DNA of 63,788 nt, filler included, from Octopus bimaculoides (GCF_001194135.2; 5 parts of 5 records of this genome joined end to end with filler, not necessarily neighbours in it); one strand, 5' to 3'. Numbered from the whole stretch's first letter, positions 1 to 14,057 are shown. The notes: a model not told the origin generated them from the letters alone. Translations and numbers: made by a program.

Positions 1-29
1 TCTCCGTGTTTTTCTCCTTGTCTCCGTAT

Positions 30-66
30 TCTTTCTGTTGAAGAGCGTAGCTCGAAACGTCAAAGA
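30..66 (+). ncRNA. Minimal type I hammerhead-like motif with variant core (CUGUUGA), in a repeat end resembling a Penelope pLTR (1-~160)
   Basis: UCUUU-CUGUUGA-A-GAGC(GUA)GCUC-GAAAC-GUC-AAAGA. Stem I UCUUU/AAAGA, stem II GAGC/GCUC, palindromic ACGU stem III, GUC cleavage triplet. Position 6 of the core is U instead of A. Confidence 0.6.
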
Positions 67-157
67 CTTTCCGTATTCCCGAGCGTCATACTAATATATA
101 CTTTTGTTATTTACACCACCTGTCCTCGTCTGTTGTTATTATTTGTATATTCTCCCA

Positions 158-220
<63 letters not shown>

Positions 221-1212
221 TATATAATATAATATAGGCAAAAATGTCTAGGGACACACTGTGCATGAAAACCAAATAGTAAGGTTAGGTCAGTGCTAAC
301 ATACCTAATGTAGAGGGACAAAAATATTCCAATTAAAATTACACACTTGACAAAGAAAAACAGTTTATGAGCTAAATTATTAATTCTGGTTAAGAAAATT
401 TGGAGACAATAAGTATAAATATTCACTCAGGTGCAGGTGCAATAAACAAAGCTAATTATATCAACCTACAGATTCAGTGACAGCATACATGTCAATGGCT
501 GTTTTGTACTAAGAATCTTTTGCACTAAATAAATGAATTACTATGTAGATAAATAAATAAGAAGCTTGCTTCCCAGTTATATGATTCTGGGTTCTGTCCC
601 GGTGTGTGACACCTTGGGAAAGTGTCTTCTACTATAGCCTCAGCCTGACTGAAGCCTTGCAAGTGAATTTCATTCTCTGTGCTTTAGCTTTGTTACCATA
701 GCAACAGTCCATCTACTTATTGGTCAGACCTTGTATATTTGTATGTATGTACATGTGTTTGTATTTATATATGTATGTATATATGTATGCATGCATGCAT
801 GTATGTATGTGTGTTTCTCCGGTACCCATCACTTGACAGCCAGTGTTGCTTTGTTTCTGTCCCCATTAGTTAGCAATCATGTGGCTTCACATATTCAGTC
901 CAACTGTGATGAAAACTACAGGAAGATGGGCAGGCAGGCAGGTGGGCAAGTGAGCAAGGAGGTGACTGTGTGACTGACTGAATATGTGAATAAGAGTCAA
1001 TGTTGATATTCCAAACCTGTTACAGCTGCAGAGAGACAGTGAACATGTTGACATTATTACTAGCTGTAAAGTACTTTCAAAGAACTCAGGTATAAAAAAA
1101 AAATCCCTTACCTGAAAAACAGACAAGAGTTGCCAACAGGTAGGGTATCTAGCAACGAAAATCCTACCACAATAATTCCATGCCATTCATGCTGGTAAGG
1201 GCAAAACAAACA

Positions 1213-1439
1213 TTAACCTTTTAACATTTAAACAGGCTATATCCAGCTCAAATATTCGACTTGTATTATGATTCAACTGTCCAGATCAGGCTTCTCACAC
1301 CGATCCTATAATGTCATCTAAAACTATACAATCACGTCATCAAAATCTCGAAGCTACACAATGAGGCATGATTAATTCAAAACAATGTGAATAAATAAGT
1401 ATTAAACTGGACAGAGTGATCTCAGTGCCAAACGGTTAA
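1213..1439. mobile_element. piggyBac-like MITE, degenerate copy
   Basis: TTAA at both ends with CC...GG termini; internally similar to 7401-7627. Confidence 0.55.
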
Positions 1440-1729
1440 ACAGATGACAATCACATATTCTCTCTCTCTCTTTCTCTGTTCCTTTTATCATACTTTATCT
1501 CCCCACTCAGTTGAGAAGACTTAGTCTTGAGGGTTACTTGGTCGCCTTAGGGCATTAGTGCCACATATAAAGCACCCAGTACACACTGTAAAGTGACTGG
1601 CATTAAGAAGGGCATTCAGCCACAGAAACAATGTCAAAGCAAACATGGAACTTGACATGGGAGCTTGTAAGCTCCTGTTCAATCCTCTGACCCATGCCAA
1701 CATGGGATGATGATGATGATAATATACAT

Positions 1730-1791
<62 letters not shown>

Positions 1792-1940
1792 TAGCATGGC
1801 TAGGGGGGCAGTAGGGGCAGTCCACTCCAAGTGGCACTTTTAAAGGGACAGAACTTTTGGGTCTGCTGTAGGCAATATGTGTCTTTCGCGTGGTCCGGGG
1901 GTGGCACACACTCTAGCTACACTAGTGTGTGTAGAGTATG

Positions 1941-1971
<31 letters not shown>

Positions 1972-2058
1972 ACACACACACACGCACACACATATAAATA
2001 TACATATACACATAAGCCTAAATAATCCTTATTTTTAAAAGTTTTATTTATGAATGTT

Positions 2059-2139
<81 letters not shown>

Positions 2140-2889
2140 TATATATAGATAAATATCACTTTCCACAGATACATAGCAACCCACCAGATTTACAGAAGCT
2201 AGTTCACATGTTACCAAGATTCTAGTCATAAAACACACAATCCAACTTAGTGGTGATTTATTACTTCAAACATTGAAATAAATATCTTCCCTTTTTACTT
2301 AAATCTTTTTAGCTTGCATCTCACAAAGTCAGCAAAATCAAATAAAAATCTGATTTTCATATAATTTTTCCTGCTATTTTATAATTCGTTTTATCTTTTA
2401 CTTTTACTTATATTTTATTTTGATTTATTTTGTATTTTTATTTATTTAATTATGTCATTTAATTAATTAATTAATTTTATTTTTTGTAAAATATTCTATA
2501 CAATGCAATATTCATTTCTAATATTGTCACAAGAACACAGATTCAAAGAATGCGAGTATATTAGAATAAATCTGTCACTCTATATTACTGGTATGTAACC
2601 CATGACAATTGAAGGGATGAAGAAACAGGTCAGCCAGGGCAATATTCAAAGTCAGAAAGTAAATCGACATAAATGTATGGTATGAAATATTTATGGTGGT
2701 GTCTAAATTGAGAAAGATTCTCCATGACAAATTAGCAGTAAGTGCAGCCTTTGTACAGATGAAATATGTCCTAAACATATTTGAACTAGTGTAAATGTTT
2801 GTTTGTTTGCAACACTGCCTTCACACATCCATTATGATATTTTGCATAGCAAAAGCCAGTGTCATGCATGATCTCTCTTTTCTCTCTTT

Positions 2890-3091
2890 TACTTGTTTCA
2901 GTCATATGACTGCGGCCATGCTGGAGCACCGCCTTTTAGTCGAGCAAATCGACCCCAGGACTTATTCTTTGTGAGCCTAGTATATATTCTGTCGGTCATT
3001 TTTGCTGAACCGCTAAGTTACGGGGACGTAAACACACTACCATCGGTTGTCCAGCGATATTGGGGGGACAAACACAGACAAGCAAACATAT

Positions 3092-3124
<33 letters not shown>

Positions 3125-3150
3125 CATATATACAACAGGCTTCTTTCAGT
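2890..3150 (-). mobile_element. Abundant tRNA-derived SINE (family C), representative copy
   Basis: Shared block gactgcggccatgctggagcaccgcc...cgaccccaggacttattc...ccgctaagttacggggacgtaaaca. Other whole or partial copies near 6460-6850, 7950-8340, 9880-10300, 11255-11410, 13830-13995, 14635-15230, 17950-18110, 18520-18845, 34270-35025, 38190-38400, 39590-39960 and 46560-46845. Confidence 0.75.
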
Positions 3151-5295
3151 TTCCGTCTACCAAATTTCTCAGTGTGTGAGCATCTCTTTAATAAATCTCC
3201 CTTTGTGTTTAAACAGTTGCCTAAGCTATCAACTTATCCAATATAAGCTTCGCTGGGATGACCAGTCTAATTTGTATAATTATTTTCTAATTTTCAGAAA
3301 ATGAGTGTATCTTTCTCCAATGGATCTCCAACTAGAGATGCAAGTAGTCAGCACAACCCCAGTATTTTCTGCCCCAGAGAAATGAAAATATTTGTTTCCA
3401 TGTTACAGTAAGGTCTGTAACTTAAGAACTGAAGATTTTTGGTAATGTGCTCTTGAGTGCACTGTACCTAGGAAAAAGATGTGTTGGCCACAATTAGAGT
3501 GCCATTAATCACAGAGCTGTTCAGTCAGGACTTAAGTGGGGTAGGAAACTAAACGTTAAGAGCAACAACAACAAGCACAGAACCTTAACAGAAAAATATA
3601 TAATACATAAAAAATGTTTTAAAAAAGCCAACAGCTATTTGTAAGCACTTACTCTCATATTTGTCCACATTTTCTAATACCTCACTTAGCTACCTTTCTA
3701 TTAATAGTACTTCCAACAACAGTAACAATACCAACAGCAGCAATGCCAACAACAACATTATCAACATCAACAATTAAAGCTGTTATTCTGAATTCTGATA
3801 CATTTTAACACTAATAACAAAACTTCCTCCCTTCTTTTACTCTCTTTCAATCTCCCTCTCTTTTCCCCTCTCTTTCTCTCCCAGGTTCTCTTGTACTGAT
3901 TTGAAACAATTGCCCCCATTAATATTTTACAACACCCTCATTAACCCTTTCCACGATACACTGAAAATGTTGGATGATAGGAGATAGCTTTTTATAATTA
4001 TTTATTGATTATTCTGTCAGAGAAAACAAACTTGGCACAAACAACAAGAACCATTCATATTTCTGGTTGGAAAAAGAAAGGAAAGAGAAAAGCAGTTGAA
4101 TACTGTACACACACACACACACACACGTATGTATGTGTGTGTGTACGTATGTATGTATGTATGTATGTATGTATGTATGTATGTATAGACATACACACAT
4201 ACACTCTACTCGTGTCTGTTTTTATTACCTTTCCTCACACCCTATTAATGCATCTTTTTTTAATATCCTCTGGTATTTTCCGGAGCCATTAGCTTTAGCT
4301 ATAATTGATGCTATTTCTCAACTATTATTCTAACTACAAATCACCTGAGTTCTTCTTTTAGAACAACCATTTTGAATTTACCTTCCCCAACCTAGCACAG
4401 CAATTATTTGTGCTACAGTGACCATTCATTCCACCATATTTGTTCCTCCTATTTTAACATTGTCTGTCACCATCAATACTTATAACTATCTTCATCTCAA
4501 ATTTATCATTTCAAATTGAGTTGTGCCAATGTTTCTTCAGAGTTTATCCTCAGACATTCATTTACACCTAGCTATACAAATATACAAATATACTTTTTAC
4601 AGCCACACATCTTCTTTCTTCCCAATATTCTTACCAAATTTAGTGTTGTCTTCTTTGAAAAATCGATTACTACCATATTTATTCCTGCTTACCATGTATG
4701 GGGGCCCCAGTTAATTGTGAGGTCAATGACAACATGAGAACATGAGTTCAAAACTTAGTACAACCTTTGTAGTATGTTCTTGAGTAAAATAGAAAACCCT
4801 AGCCACCTCAGTTCTATTGACCACTAACAGTTTCTGGCATAGTTAGGGAAAGGACAAGCATCAATCTGTGATGCTACTTTAATGTTATGAATAAATGTTC
4901 TTCTATAAAATACAAGAGCTTTGGTTGGTCAAGTTTGACCATCCATTTGAGTAAAACTGGCAATTGCTTCTACAAGCAAGTCTTCCCTGTCCATGACTTT
5001 GATGTTTATTCAAAAGGAAGACTGTTTGCTTGGGTATGAGATGTTTTGACACAGCTGTTTTGGTGTTGACTATTTAACATTTCTGATTCAATGATAACTT
5101 GTTTGACATTTGATGCTTTAATTTATCTCTCTCTCTCTCTCTTTCTATATCTCACTGTTTATGTGTATAAACATCACATTTCTATCGATATGCATGAGGA
5201 GAGGGAAATGTTTATATCAATTATGTTCAATTAATAAATTGTAATGTGTCTCTCTCCTTTTTTTTTTTTTTTTTTTGTATGTGTGTTTATTTCTT

Positions 5296-5510
5296 ATTTC
5301 TTTACTGCCCACAAGGGGCTACACACAGAGGGGACAAACAAGGACAGACAAACGGATTAAGTCGATTATATCGACCCCGGTGCGTAACTGGTACTTATTT
5401 AATCGACCCCGAAAGGATGAAAGGCAAAGTAGACCTCGGCGGAATTTGAACTCAGAACGTAACGGCAGACCAAATACCGCTAAACATTTCGCCCGGCATG
5501 CTAACGTTTC
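5296..5510 (-). mobile_element. tRNA-derived SINE (family A; core resembles the Deu/Nin domain), young copy
   Basis: Reverse complement has B-box GAGTTCAAATTCC and core ctttgcctttcatcctttcggggtcgat...taagtaccag. Other copies near 5815-6245, 26275-26690, 33455-33670, 40205-40440, 40810-41030, 41090-41305, 43900-44035, 55790-56010 and 57058-57460. Confidence 0.75.
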
Positions 5511-7400
5511 TGTTTATCTCTGCATATGTTTGCTTCCAGTGCCAAAACAAGCTGAATGTCCAATGAGCCATGCCAAATTAACAGCAGGCAAACAGCTGCA
5601 CCCAATTATCTCATTCCTAGCTTACTTGGGTTGATACAGCTTGGCACCATTATCATAGCAAGCATTGCTATCAGTACACAAAAAGCTGAAACAAATACTG
5701 AAAGCTATTTTGCCTGACACTTTACCAGTTCTATCAATCCATTCACCCTAAAAAGATGAAAAGTAAAGTTGATTTCAGCGAGATTGGAACTCACAGTGCA
5801 GAAAGTCAGAATAAATATTGGTTTCAAATTTTGGCACAAGGCCAGAAATTTCGAGAGAGTGGGTAAGTCAATTACATTGACCTCAGTGTTCAACTGGTAC
5901 TTATTTTATTGACCCTGAAAGGATGAAAAACAAAGTTGACCTCAGCAGAATTTGAACACAGAACATAAAAACAAACGAAGTGTGCCTAAGCATTTCGCCT
6001 GACATGCTAATGATTTTGCCAGCTCGCTGCCTTAGCCAGAACAAATATCAGTTTCGAATTTTATCACAAGGCCAGCAATTTCGGGGGAGGGTGTTAGTCA
6101 TTAACATCAACCCCAGTGTTCAACTGGGACTTATTTTATTGACCCTGAAAGAAAGAAAGGCAAAGTCAACTTCAGCAAAATTTGAAGACAGATGAAATAC
6201 TCCTAATTTTTTTTGCCCAGCATGCTAACAATTCTGCCTACTCACCTCTGTTTTGGGAACAAATATTGCAAGGTTTTCTATCCAATACTCTATCTGAATC
6301 ATTCTATCTAATGACTCAGCAAATTCACCATAACATCATTTTCATCATTCAATATCCATTTCCCTTGCTGGATGGTTTAACAGGATCCAGTGAGCAGCGG
6401 GACTGCTTTAAACTCCAGTGCCAGCTTTGGTATGGTTTCTAGAGCTGGATGTCCTTCTAAACATTAACACTACTATAAATGAAGAATTTTTTTAGAGAAA
6501 ATATCTTTCATCATATGCTTTAGACACTGGACTGTAACCATATTGGAACACCTTGAACTGTTTGGTCAAAGGAATTGACCCCAGTACTTATTTTCTTAAA
6601 GTTTAGTACTTATTTTATTGTTCTCTTTTGCTGAGCCACTAGGTTATGGGGAGATAAACAAACTAACATCTGTTGTCAATCAGTGATGGTGAGGAATGCA
6701 AATGCAAAGACAATAACACACACAGTCTACATCAATCATATTCACTCAGAAGGCATTGGTTAGTCCAGGCCTACAGTAGGTTTCACACAGATTTCACACA
6801 GTGGAACTGAACCGAAAACCACTTGGTAACAAAGCAAGCTTTTTAATAACACAGCCATGTGTGCACCTGAATTAACACTCCTATGTCAGGATACCTCCAA
6901 AATTCAAACAGAATGTCAACTAAAGCCTTGTGAAGAGATTTGATAGATGGGAACTGAAAGAAGCATGTTGTGTATACATACATGCACATGTATCGGGGGG
7001 ATGTGTCAAATGGGTGGGTGGTTGGTTGGGTGTAGCCTTGTCTTGACACTGAATGATGTATGTAAATGAAAATCACTGTCATACAAGCAATGATGTTCAT
7101 TTCCAGGCTTCCATGGAGAAATATCATCCTGCTTGGAAACAGCTAAGGGTTGACAACAAAAAGCCATAGAAAATCTACTCCAACAAATTCCATCCAACCT
7201 CTTTGAACATGGAAAAGTGGACATTAAATGATGATGATGGCGAATAACGTGTCAACTGGGGAAATTTTGACTCCTTGGGGGAAATTTTACAATTTAATAA
7301 AAGCAAATTAAGGAATTCCAGTGAGAAAATGACACTTACACTGATAAATTCTTTACAGTTATTTATACTATTTTTATTTAGTTTTCCTTTTTATGCTCAT

Positions 7401-7627
7401 TTAAACCCTTTAGCATTTAAACTAGTCATATCTGACCAAAATTTTCTGCCTGCTTTATGTTCAAATTGGCCAGATCCAACATCTCACACCCGCCCTACCA
7501 TGCCATTCTAAAAATAAATAATCACATCAAAATATTGAAGCCGTGAGATATTGCATGATTAATAAAAGGACAATGTGAATAAATAAGCATAACACTTGAC
7601 GGAATAATCTGAACGCTAAAGGGTTAA
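7401..7627. mobile_element. piggyBac-like MITE
   Basis: TTAA-ACCCTTTAGCATT ... AACGCTAAAGGG-TTAA: terminal inverted repeats with TTAA flanks, ~225 bp, no ORF. Confidence 0.7.
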
Positions 7628-8943
7628 AGATGTCAATATTAATACATATGAAGGTTAATATATGTAATTACTATCACCATCATCATCGTTTTAAGGTCCA
7701 CTCTTTCATGCTTGCATGGGTTGGATGGAATTTGTTGATGTGGATTTTCTACAGCTGGGCATCTTGCCTGTCACCAACCTTCTCCTGTTTTCAAGTGAGG
7801 TAATATTCCCCCATGGCAAGACATGTTTTTCATGGAAGATTGGTAAGGAAGGACGCTGCTTGCATGACGCTGACATTCATTTATGACTATCATGTAATGT
7901 CACGGCAAGGTGACAGCAACACATGCACACAAATATGCATGCACATACACATATCTTTCAGCTGTTTCAGTTATTAGACTGTGGCCATGCTGGGGCATCA
8001 CTTTGAATTTTTAATTAAATGAATCGACCCCAGTACTTATTTTTTTAAGCTTGATACATATTCTATCAGTCTCTTTTGCTGAACTGCTAAGTTACAGGGA
8101 CATAAACACACCAACACTAGTTGTCAAGTGGTTTTGGTGGGGGATAAATACAGACACACACGCACATAGATGTATATATATACATATATATGTGATGGGC
8201 TTCTTTCAGTTTCAGTCTACCAAATCCACTCAAGAGGCTTTGGTTGGCTCAAGGTTATAGAAGAAGACACTTTCCCTAGGTACCATGAACCCAGAACCAT
8301 GTGGCTGCAAAGCAAGCTTCTTACCACACAACCATGCAACAAGCTCCCTTTGGTTTCTCTCTTCCAAATTCAAATCCACTCATAAGACTTGTTGCATACA
8401 CGACTACATTTTGGTTATCATTTGTGGAGGCGGGAAAAGGGATTGGTATGAAGAACAAGTCAAGGCGGGAGGTGATATGTAGAATATAGAGTTAAGAAAT
8501 CCTGATTTAATGCCAAGCTAGATGAATGATCTTGGGTGTACTGGCTGTAAATCACATCTCTATTAATGCCACAACTCGTTTACAGGATAGGGAGCCACCT
8601 TTTCTTATCAGTGTTGCACTTTCCCAAGCTTCACTAGTGTCTAGTAGAGAGGTTTAACAGTCTGAGAGATGGAAGATGTAGGAAACTCACAACAGCAAAT
8701 TTGATTCCTTTCCTCAAATTATTACATAAAGTTAATGATGTCAGTGTTGTCCAAACATTCCTACAAACTAAATCTGTTAAGTTTAAGCTACATGTCACTC
8801 CCAACTTCTTCTTTCTATCCTCTTTTTCTCTCATTCGTTTCTTTTCTTTCTTTATTATCTCATTTTCTCTATATACTCTCCCTCTTTCTCTCTCCCTAAA
8901 ACTTAAGAAGTTGTAGCTATTGGTTACATGTTTCAAACCTTGA

Positions 8944-9490
8944 TTAAACCATTTAGCATTCAAATTATTTTGTCAAGTGAAGGCATGTGGCTTAGTGGTT
9001 AGGGTATCCAGTTCACAATCATAATGTCATGAGTTCAATTCGCAGCAGCACAAGACACTTTATTTCACATTGCTCCAGTTCATTCAGCTGGCAAAAATGA
9101 GTTGTATCATTATTTCAAAGGGCTAACCTTGTCACACTTTGTGTCATGCTGAATCTCCCTGAGAATTACATTAAAGGTATATGTGTCTGAGTGCTCAGCC
9201 ACTTGCACGTTGATTTTATGAGCAGGCTGTTCCATTGATTGGATCAGCTGGAACGCTTGTTGTCATAAGCAACAGAGCGCCACTTTATTCTGTCAAATGT
9301 AATGCTTATTTATCCCCATAATTTTGAATTAATCCTGCATTATCACATAGCTTCAAGATTTCAATGATGTAATTGTTTAGTTTTAGATGACATTGTAGGG
9401 TAAAAGTGAGAGGCTAGATGTGGTCATTTTGGACATAAAACTGATAGATATTTGGGCTGAATATGGCAGGTTTAAATTCTAAAGAGTTAA
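8944..9490. mobile_element. piggyBac-like MITE (opposite orientation) interrupted by a SINE at 8977-9284
   Basis: Ends ttaaaccatttagcatt and ttctaaagagttaa. The inserted SINE is flanked by ttattttgtcaa (8965-8976) and ttattctgtcaa (9285-9296). Confidence 0.65.
8977..9284 (+). mobile_element. tRNA-derived SINE (family B)
   Basis: A-box-like ggcttagtggttag and B-box-like gagttcaattc. Homologous copies at ~40455-40760 (+) and ~61335-61660 (-). Confidence 0.7.
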
Positions 9491-10282
9491 TAAGACCCCC
9501 GCCTATCCCACCTAGCTCCTTCATGTAGCTGGGTGCTATAGGCCTAAAACCTCATATTGAAAAGGCAGCAACTCAATAGTCTGGAACAGATCCATGAAAC
9601 TAACATTAACCCAGATATGTCAAATACAGCTTTGGTCCGTAAACAATTATTCACATCAGTCAATGATTGAATTGTCTAAAATTTAAAGAACTGGAAAAAG
9701 TCTGCTACAGCCCCACACCCCAGCTAATGTCCAACAATTATTACAAGAAATTCTCAAGAAGTACTGAGGTGTGTAATCATTATTCTAAAGCCTTGTTCAA
9801 GAAGCGAAATTAATTGTCTTTTCCTTGAGGAATAGGTAAAGTTTAATGTTTTGTGGACTGTATGCTTCATCAAACATGGTTGTGAGGTTAAGAACTTTGC
9901 TTTACAAACACACAGTTTCCAGTTCAGTCCCACTGCATGGCACCTTCTGCAAATATCTTCTACTCCTATGCTATAGTTCTGGGCAGACCAATAACCTTGT
10001 GAGCAAATTTAGTTGATTGACTCTATATGAAGCCTATCATTTGTGAACACACTCACACACACATGTGCATATCTCTTTTATTTGCTTCAGACATTAGACT
10101 GCAGCCTGGCTGAAGCACCACCTTGTAGGATTTTTAGTTAAATGCATCGACCCCAGTACTTTTTTATTTTAAGCCTGGTACTCATTATATCATTCTCTTT
10201 TGCTGAAATGCTATGTTATGAGGACATAAACACATCAATATTGGTTCTCAAGTACTGGCAGGGGACAAACAGACACAAAGAT

Positions 10283-10335
<53 letters not shown>

Positions 10336-10339
<4 letters not shown>

Positions 10340-11107
10340 AGAATTAAAAAAATAATAATAATAATAATAAGGCAGAATGCTAAACTGAAAGCATTTTTTA
10401 ATATAGATGTGCATAAGGAGGATTAAAAAGGATTTCTAACCGGATTTCATTGCATGGTAAATTTTCAAGAAGGGGGGAAATAAAAATAATGTTTTTTTAC
10501 AAAAATATAAAAAAATAAATATACCAATACATTATATNNNNNNNNNNNNNNNNNNNNNNNNNNNNNNNNNNNNNNNNNNNNNNNNNNNNNNNNNNNNNNN
10601 NNNNNNNNNNNNNNNNNNNNNNNNNNNNNNNNNNNNNNNNNNNNNNNNNNNNNNNNNNNNNNNNNNNNNNNNNNNNNNNNNNNNNNNNNNNNNNNNNNNN
10701 NNNNNNNNNNNNNNNNNNNNNNNNNNNNNNNNNNNNNNNNNNNNNNNNNNNNNNNNNNNNNNNNNNNNNNNNNNNNNNNNNNNNNNNNNNNNNNNNNNNN
10801 NNNNNNNNNNNNNNNNNNNNAAACACAACAGGATTCTTAATTCCATGCATCCTAATCTATCTAACAATTATCTACATGGATTACCATTGAACTTTAAAAA
10901 CTCATAGACAATATAATGTATTGGTATATTTATTTTTTTATATATTTTTTATATTTTTGTAAAAAACATTATTTTTATTTCCCCTCTTCTTGAAAATTTA
11001 CCATGCAATGGAAGCCGGTTAGATATCCTTTTTAATCCTCCTTATGCACATCTATATTAAAATATGCTTTCAGTTTAGCATTCTGCCTTATTATTATTAT
11101 TTTCCTA
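10336..11107. mobile_element. Foldback/MITE-like element with ~190-bp imperfect terminal inverted repeats
   Basis: About 10350-10537 is the reverse complement of about 10911-11100, with scattered substitutions and one indel. The interior contains a 283-N gap. Confidence 0.7.
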
Positions 11108-11152
11108 TTATTTCTCCACGTGCAGTTAACACAACTCCACCATTTACTGACT

Positions 11153-11183
<31 letters not shown>

Positions 11184-11769
11184 GGATTCAGTAGAGTATA
11201 TAATGCCACTTGTTTATTAATGTTATTGATAACACCAATAATATTTCTTTATATATATACGGTGGGTTTTTTCTGTTTCTGTCTACTAAATATACTCACA
11301 AGGCTGTAGTAGAAGACACTTTCTCAAGGTGCCACACTGTGGGACTGAACTTGGAACCATTTGGTTGGGAAGCAAGCTTGTTACTACACAGCCACACCTG
11401 CACCTATATATGAACATTTAACATCCACTTTCTTTAAGCTTGCATGGATCAGGTGAATTTTTATTGTTTTTGATTTTTTTTTTTTTTTTTGACATTTTGC
11501 CAGTTTTAATTGAGAAATTTGCTTTCCAACCAGTTGGCCTTCGGTTCAGTCCCATTGAATTTGTTGTTTTGTTTGTATCTATTTTATCAGAAAATGATTT
11601 TTAGAAGAAATATTATTTATATTCCAAAAGTTTATACAAAGGCTGATCTCAAAATGTTGAACCTTACAAAGATGACAGAGGACTGAGATATGTATTGCAT
11701 AGCTGTAATCAAAAAAACCTTCCCACCACAACAGAAATTATATCCTAAAACCAAAGTGCCACATAAAAA

Positions 11770-12030
11770 GCATTTGTGTGAGTGCTGGTGCCATGTAAAA
11801 AGTGCTAGTGCTATTTAAAAAGCACTGGGAATGGTATCATGTAAAAAGACAGACCCAGTATACTCCGTAAAGTTGTCAGCATTAGGAAGGGCATCCAGCC
11901 ACAGAGACCTTGCCAAAACAAACTATGGAACCCAGTGCAGCCCCTGGCCTTGCCAGTTCCTAACAAGCTGTCCAACCCATGCTAGCATGGAAAACAGACT
12001 TTGAATGTTGTTGATGACAATGATGATGAT
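11770..12030 (+). mobile_element. SINE-like repeat with (GAT)n tail (family D), representative copy
   Basis: Block ggaagggcatccagcc...ccaacccatgctagcatggaaaacagac...gatgatgat. Related copies near 1560-1720, 7000-7240, 7680-7920, 13320-13545, 17670-17880 and 19195-19345. Confidence 0.6.
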
Positions 12031-12064
12031 GGTGGTACATCAACTATTTGTACTTATTTTTTTG

Positions 12065-12420
12065 ATAAGAGGAGGACAGAGGACTTGAGGGGGGATGTTG
12101 GGGACTTGGCTGGCAAGGGCGAGTGGAGTGCAGTGGTATAGGCATGTTTTGAGGATGGATGAGGAGCATGTTCAGAAGAGGGTGCTAGAGTTTCAGGTAA
12201 ATGGATCGCGAAAGCAAGGTAGACCAAGGAAAACGTGGAGGGGACAGGTGGAGGAAAAGATTGGTTAGAGATTGGCTTGAGAAGAGAGGATGCCCAAAAC
12301 TGGGGAAGATGGTGTGAAGGTGGTTGCTATGGCATTGAGGTAGATCCAGCCACCCACCGTTAATGGGGACAAAACCCGGATTTAAAACACTTGATGATGA
12401 TGATGTTGTTGTTGTTGTTC
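12065..12420 (+). mobile_element. RTE-clade LINE 3' end, degenerate
   Basis: Translates QWYRHVLRMDEEHVQKRVLEFQVNGSRKQGRPRKTW, matching the RTE C-terminal WYGHVLR...GRPRKTW pattern, followed by a (GAT)n/(GTT)n tail. Confidence 0.75.
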
Positions 12421-14001
12421 CTAGGTTGAAAACTCTTGATACGGATGGATGCTCTATCAACTTTTGGTCCCCAGAATTTCCCAACCTGAAGAGCCAGCAC
12501 ATCCCAGCGATGTGAAACAGCATTTTAAGAGATACAAAGGTGACAAGCTAACCAAATCATAAGCACATTGGACAAAATACTTTGTAGCATTTCTTTCAGT
12601 TCTTTACATTCTGTGTTCAAATACCACCTAAGTCAACTTTGCACTTCATCCTTTCAAGTACTGAAGTTGATGTAATCATTTGCCCCCTCCCCTAAAAACT
12701 CCTGGCTTTGTGCTAAAGAAATTTTAGGAGGTACAACAAAGAGGGAAAGTATATACTTCATTATAATTGCTTTTCAGGATAAACTTATTAACTAAAATTA
12801 CTCACTGAAATTATTAACTCAATCTTAAAAATAACCTTATTATATTATTACTTTAACAAAGAATTTTCTTATTTCACAGTAATGCATATGGTTCAATTTT
12901 AAAAAAAATAGAAATAAAATGAAATTAGTTATTTGAAAATTGAATTTTTTATCTTCAAATGTGATATTACTTTTGTAGGGGCCATGAAAATTAATCAAAT
13001 GTTTCCTAGGGGAATATGGCACAGAAAAGATTAGGAACCCCTAATCTGTAAAACTGAAGTAGAATTAAACTAAAGTTGTGTATAGCATGCCAAAAGAGGA
13101 AGTAGAAAGTGTGTAAGAAGAGAAGAAGCATATGTGAGAATGTGTAGGAGGGAGATGACCATAGGAACAGGAAGATAGTATAAAGTTGTTGAAGATCACA
13201 AGATGTAATAACAAAAGAGAGATTAAATAATGAAAGAAGCAAAGAGTTATAGAAGGAAACAAAACAATAATCAGATTGAGTGTACATTCACACAGAAACA
13301 CATACACACACACTTCATCATCATCTTTATTTAATGTCCATTTTTCATGCTGGTATGGGTTGGGTGGCTTGATGAGAGTTGCGAAGGCCAGGGTCCGCAC
13401 CAAGCTCCATTGTCTGTCCTGGCAAGGTTTCTACAGCTGGATGCCCTTCCTAACGCCAACCATTTTACAGAGTGTACTGGATGCTTTTTATGTGACACCA
13501 TCACCAGTGCTTTATATGTGGCACCATCATCAGTACTTTTTACATGTAGATAGCATCACCAAATTATTTAGACTTTCTTGTGAAATTGTTGATCATAGGT
13601 ATGTTTTAATCAGTTTTAGTTTCGAAAAATTTTTTTTTACCTGCTGCAACTGTTACAGGCATTGTTAAATAAACCCTCAAAGCAATAAAACATTAAGAAA
13701 TATTTAATTCATCATAGTGTCTTCCTCTTAAGTATGTGCATGGGGCCAAATCTTGGCATGGGGCCCAATTTGAACAAATCTGTCTTATTGGTTTAAAACT
13801 GACCCTGTGCACACACACACACACATGTACATAGAATGGATTCCTTTAAGTTTCTATCTACGAAATCCACTCACAAGGCTTTGGCAGGCTAAAGGCCATA
13901 ATAGGAGACACTTATCCCAGGGGCCACTCAGTAGGACTGAACTCAGAACCATGTGGTTGGGCAGCAAACTTCTTACCACATAGCCACACCAGCATCTATA
14001 G

Positions 14002-14057
<56 letters not shown>

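Noticed and set aside
2575-2778. Minus-strand ORF with YFLTLNIALADLFL, like a class A GPCR TM2
   Set aside because: No TM1 GN or TM3 DRY context, the frame closes shortly after, and no convincing donor; probably chance.
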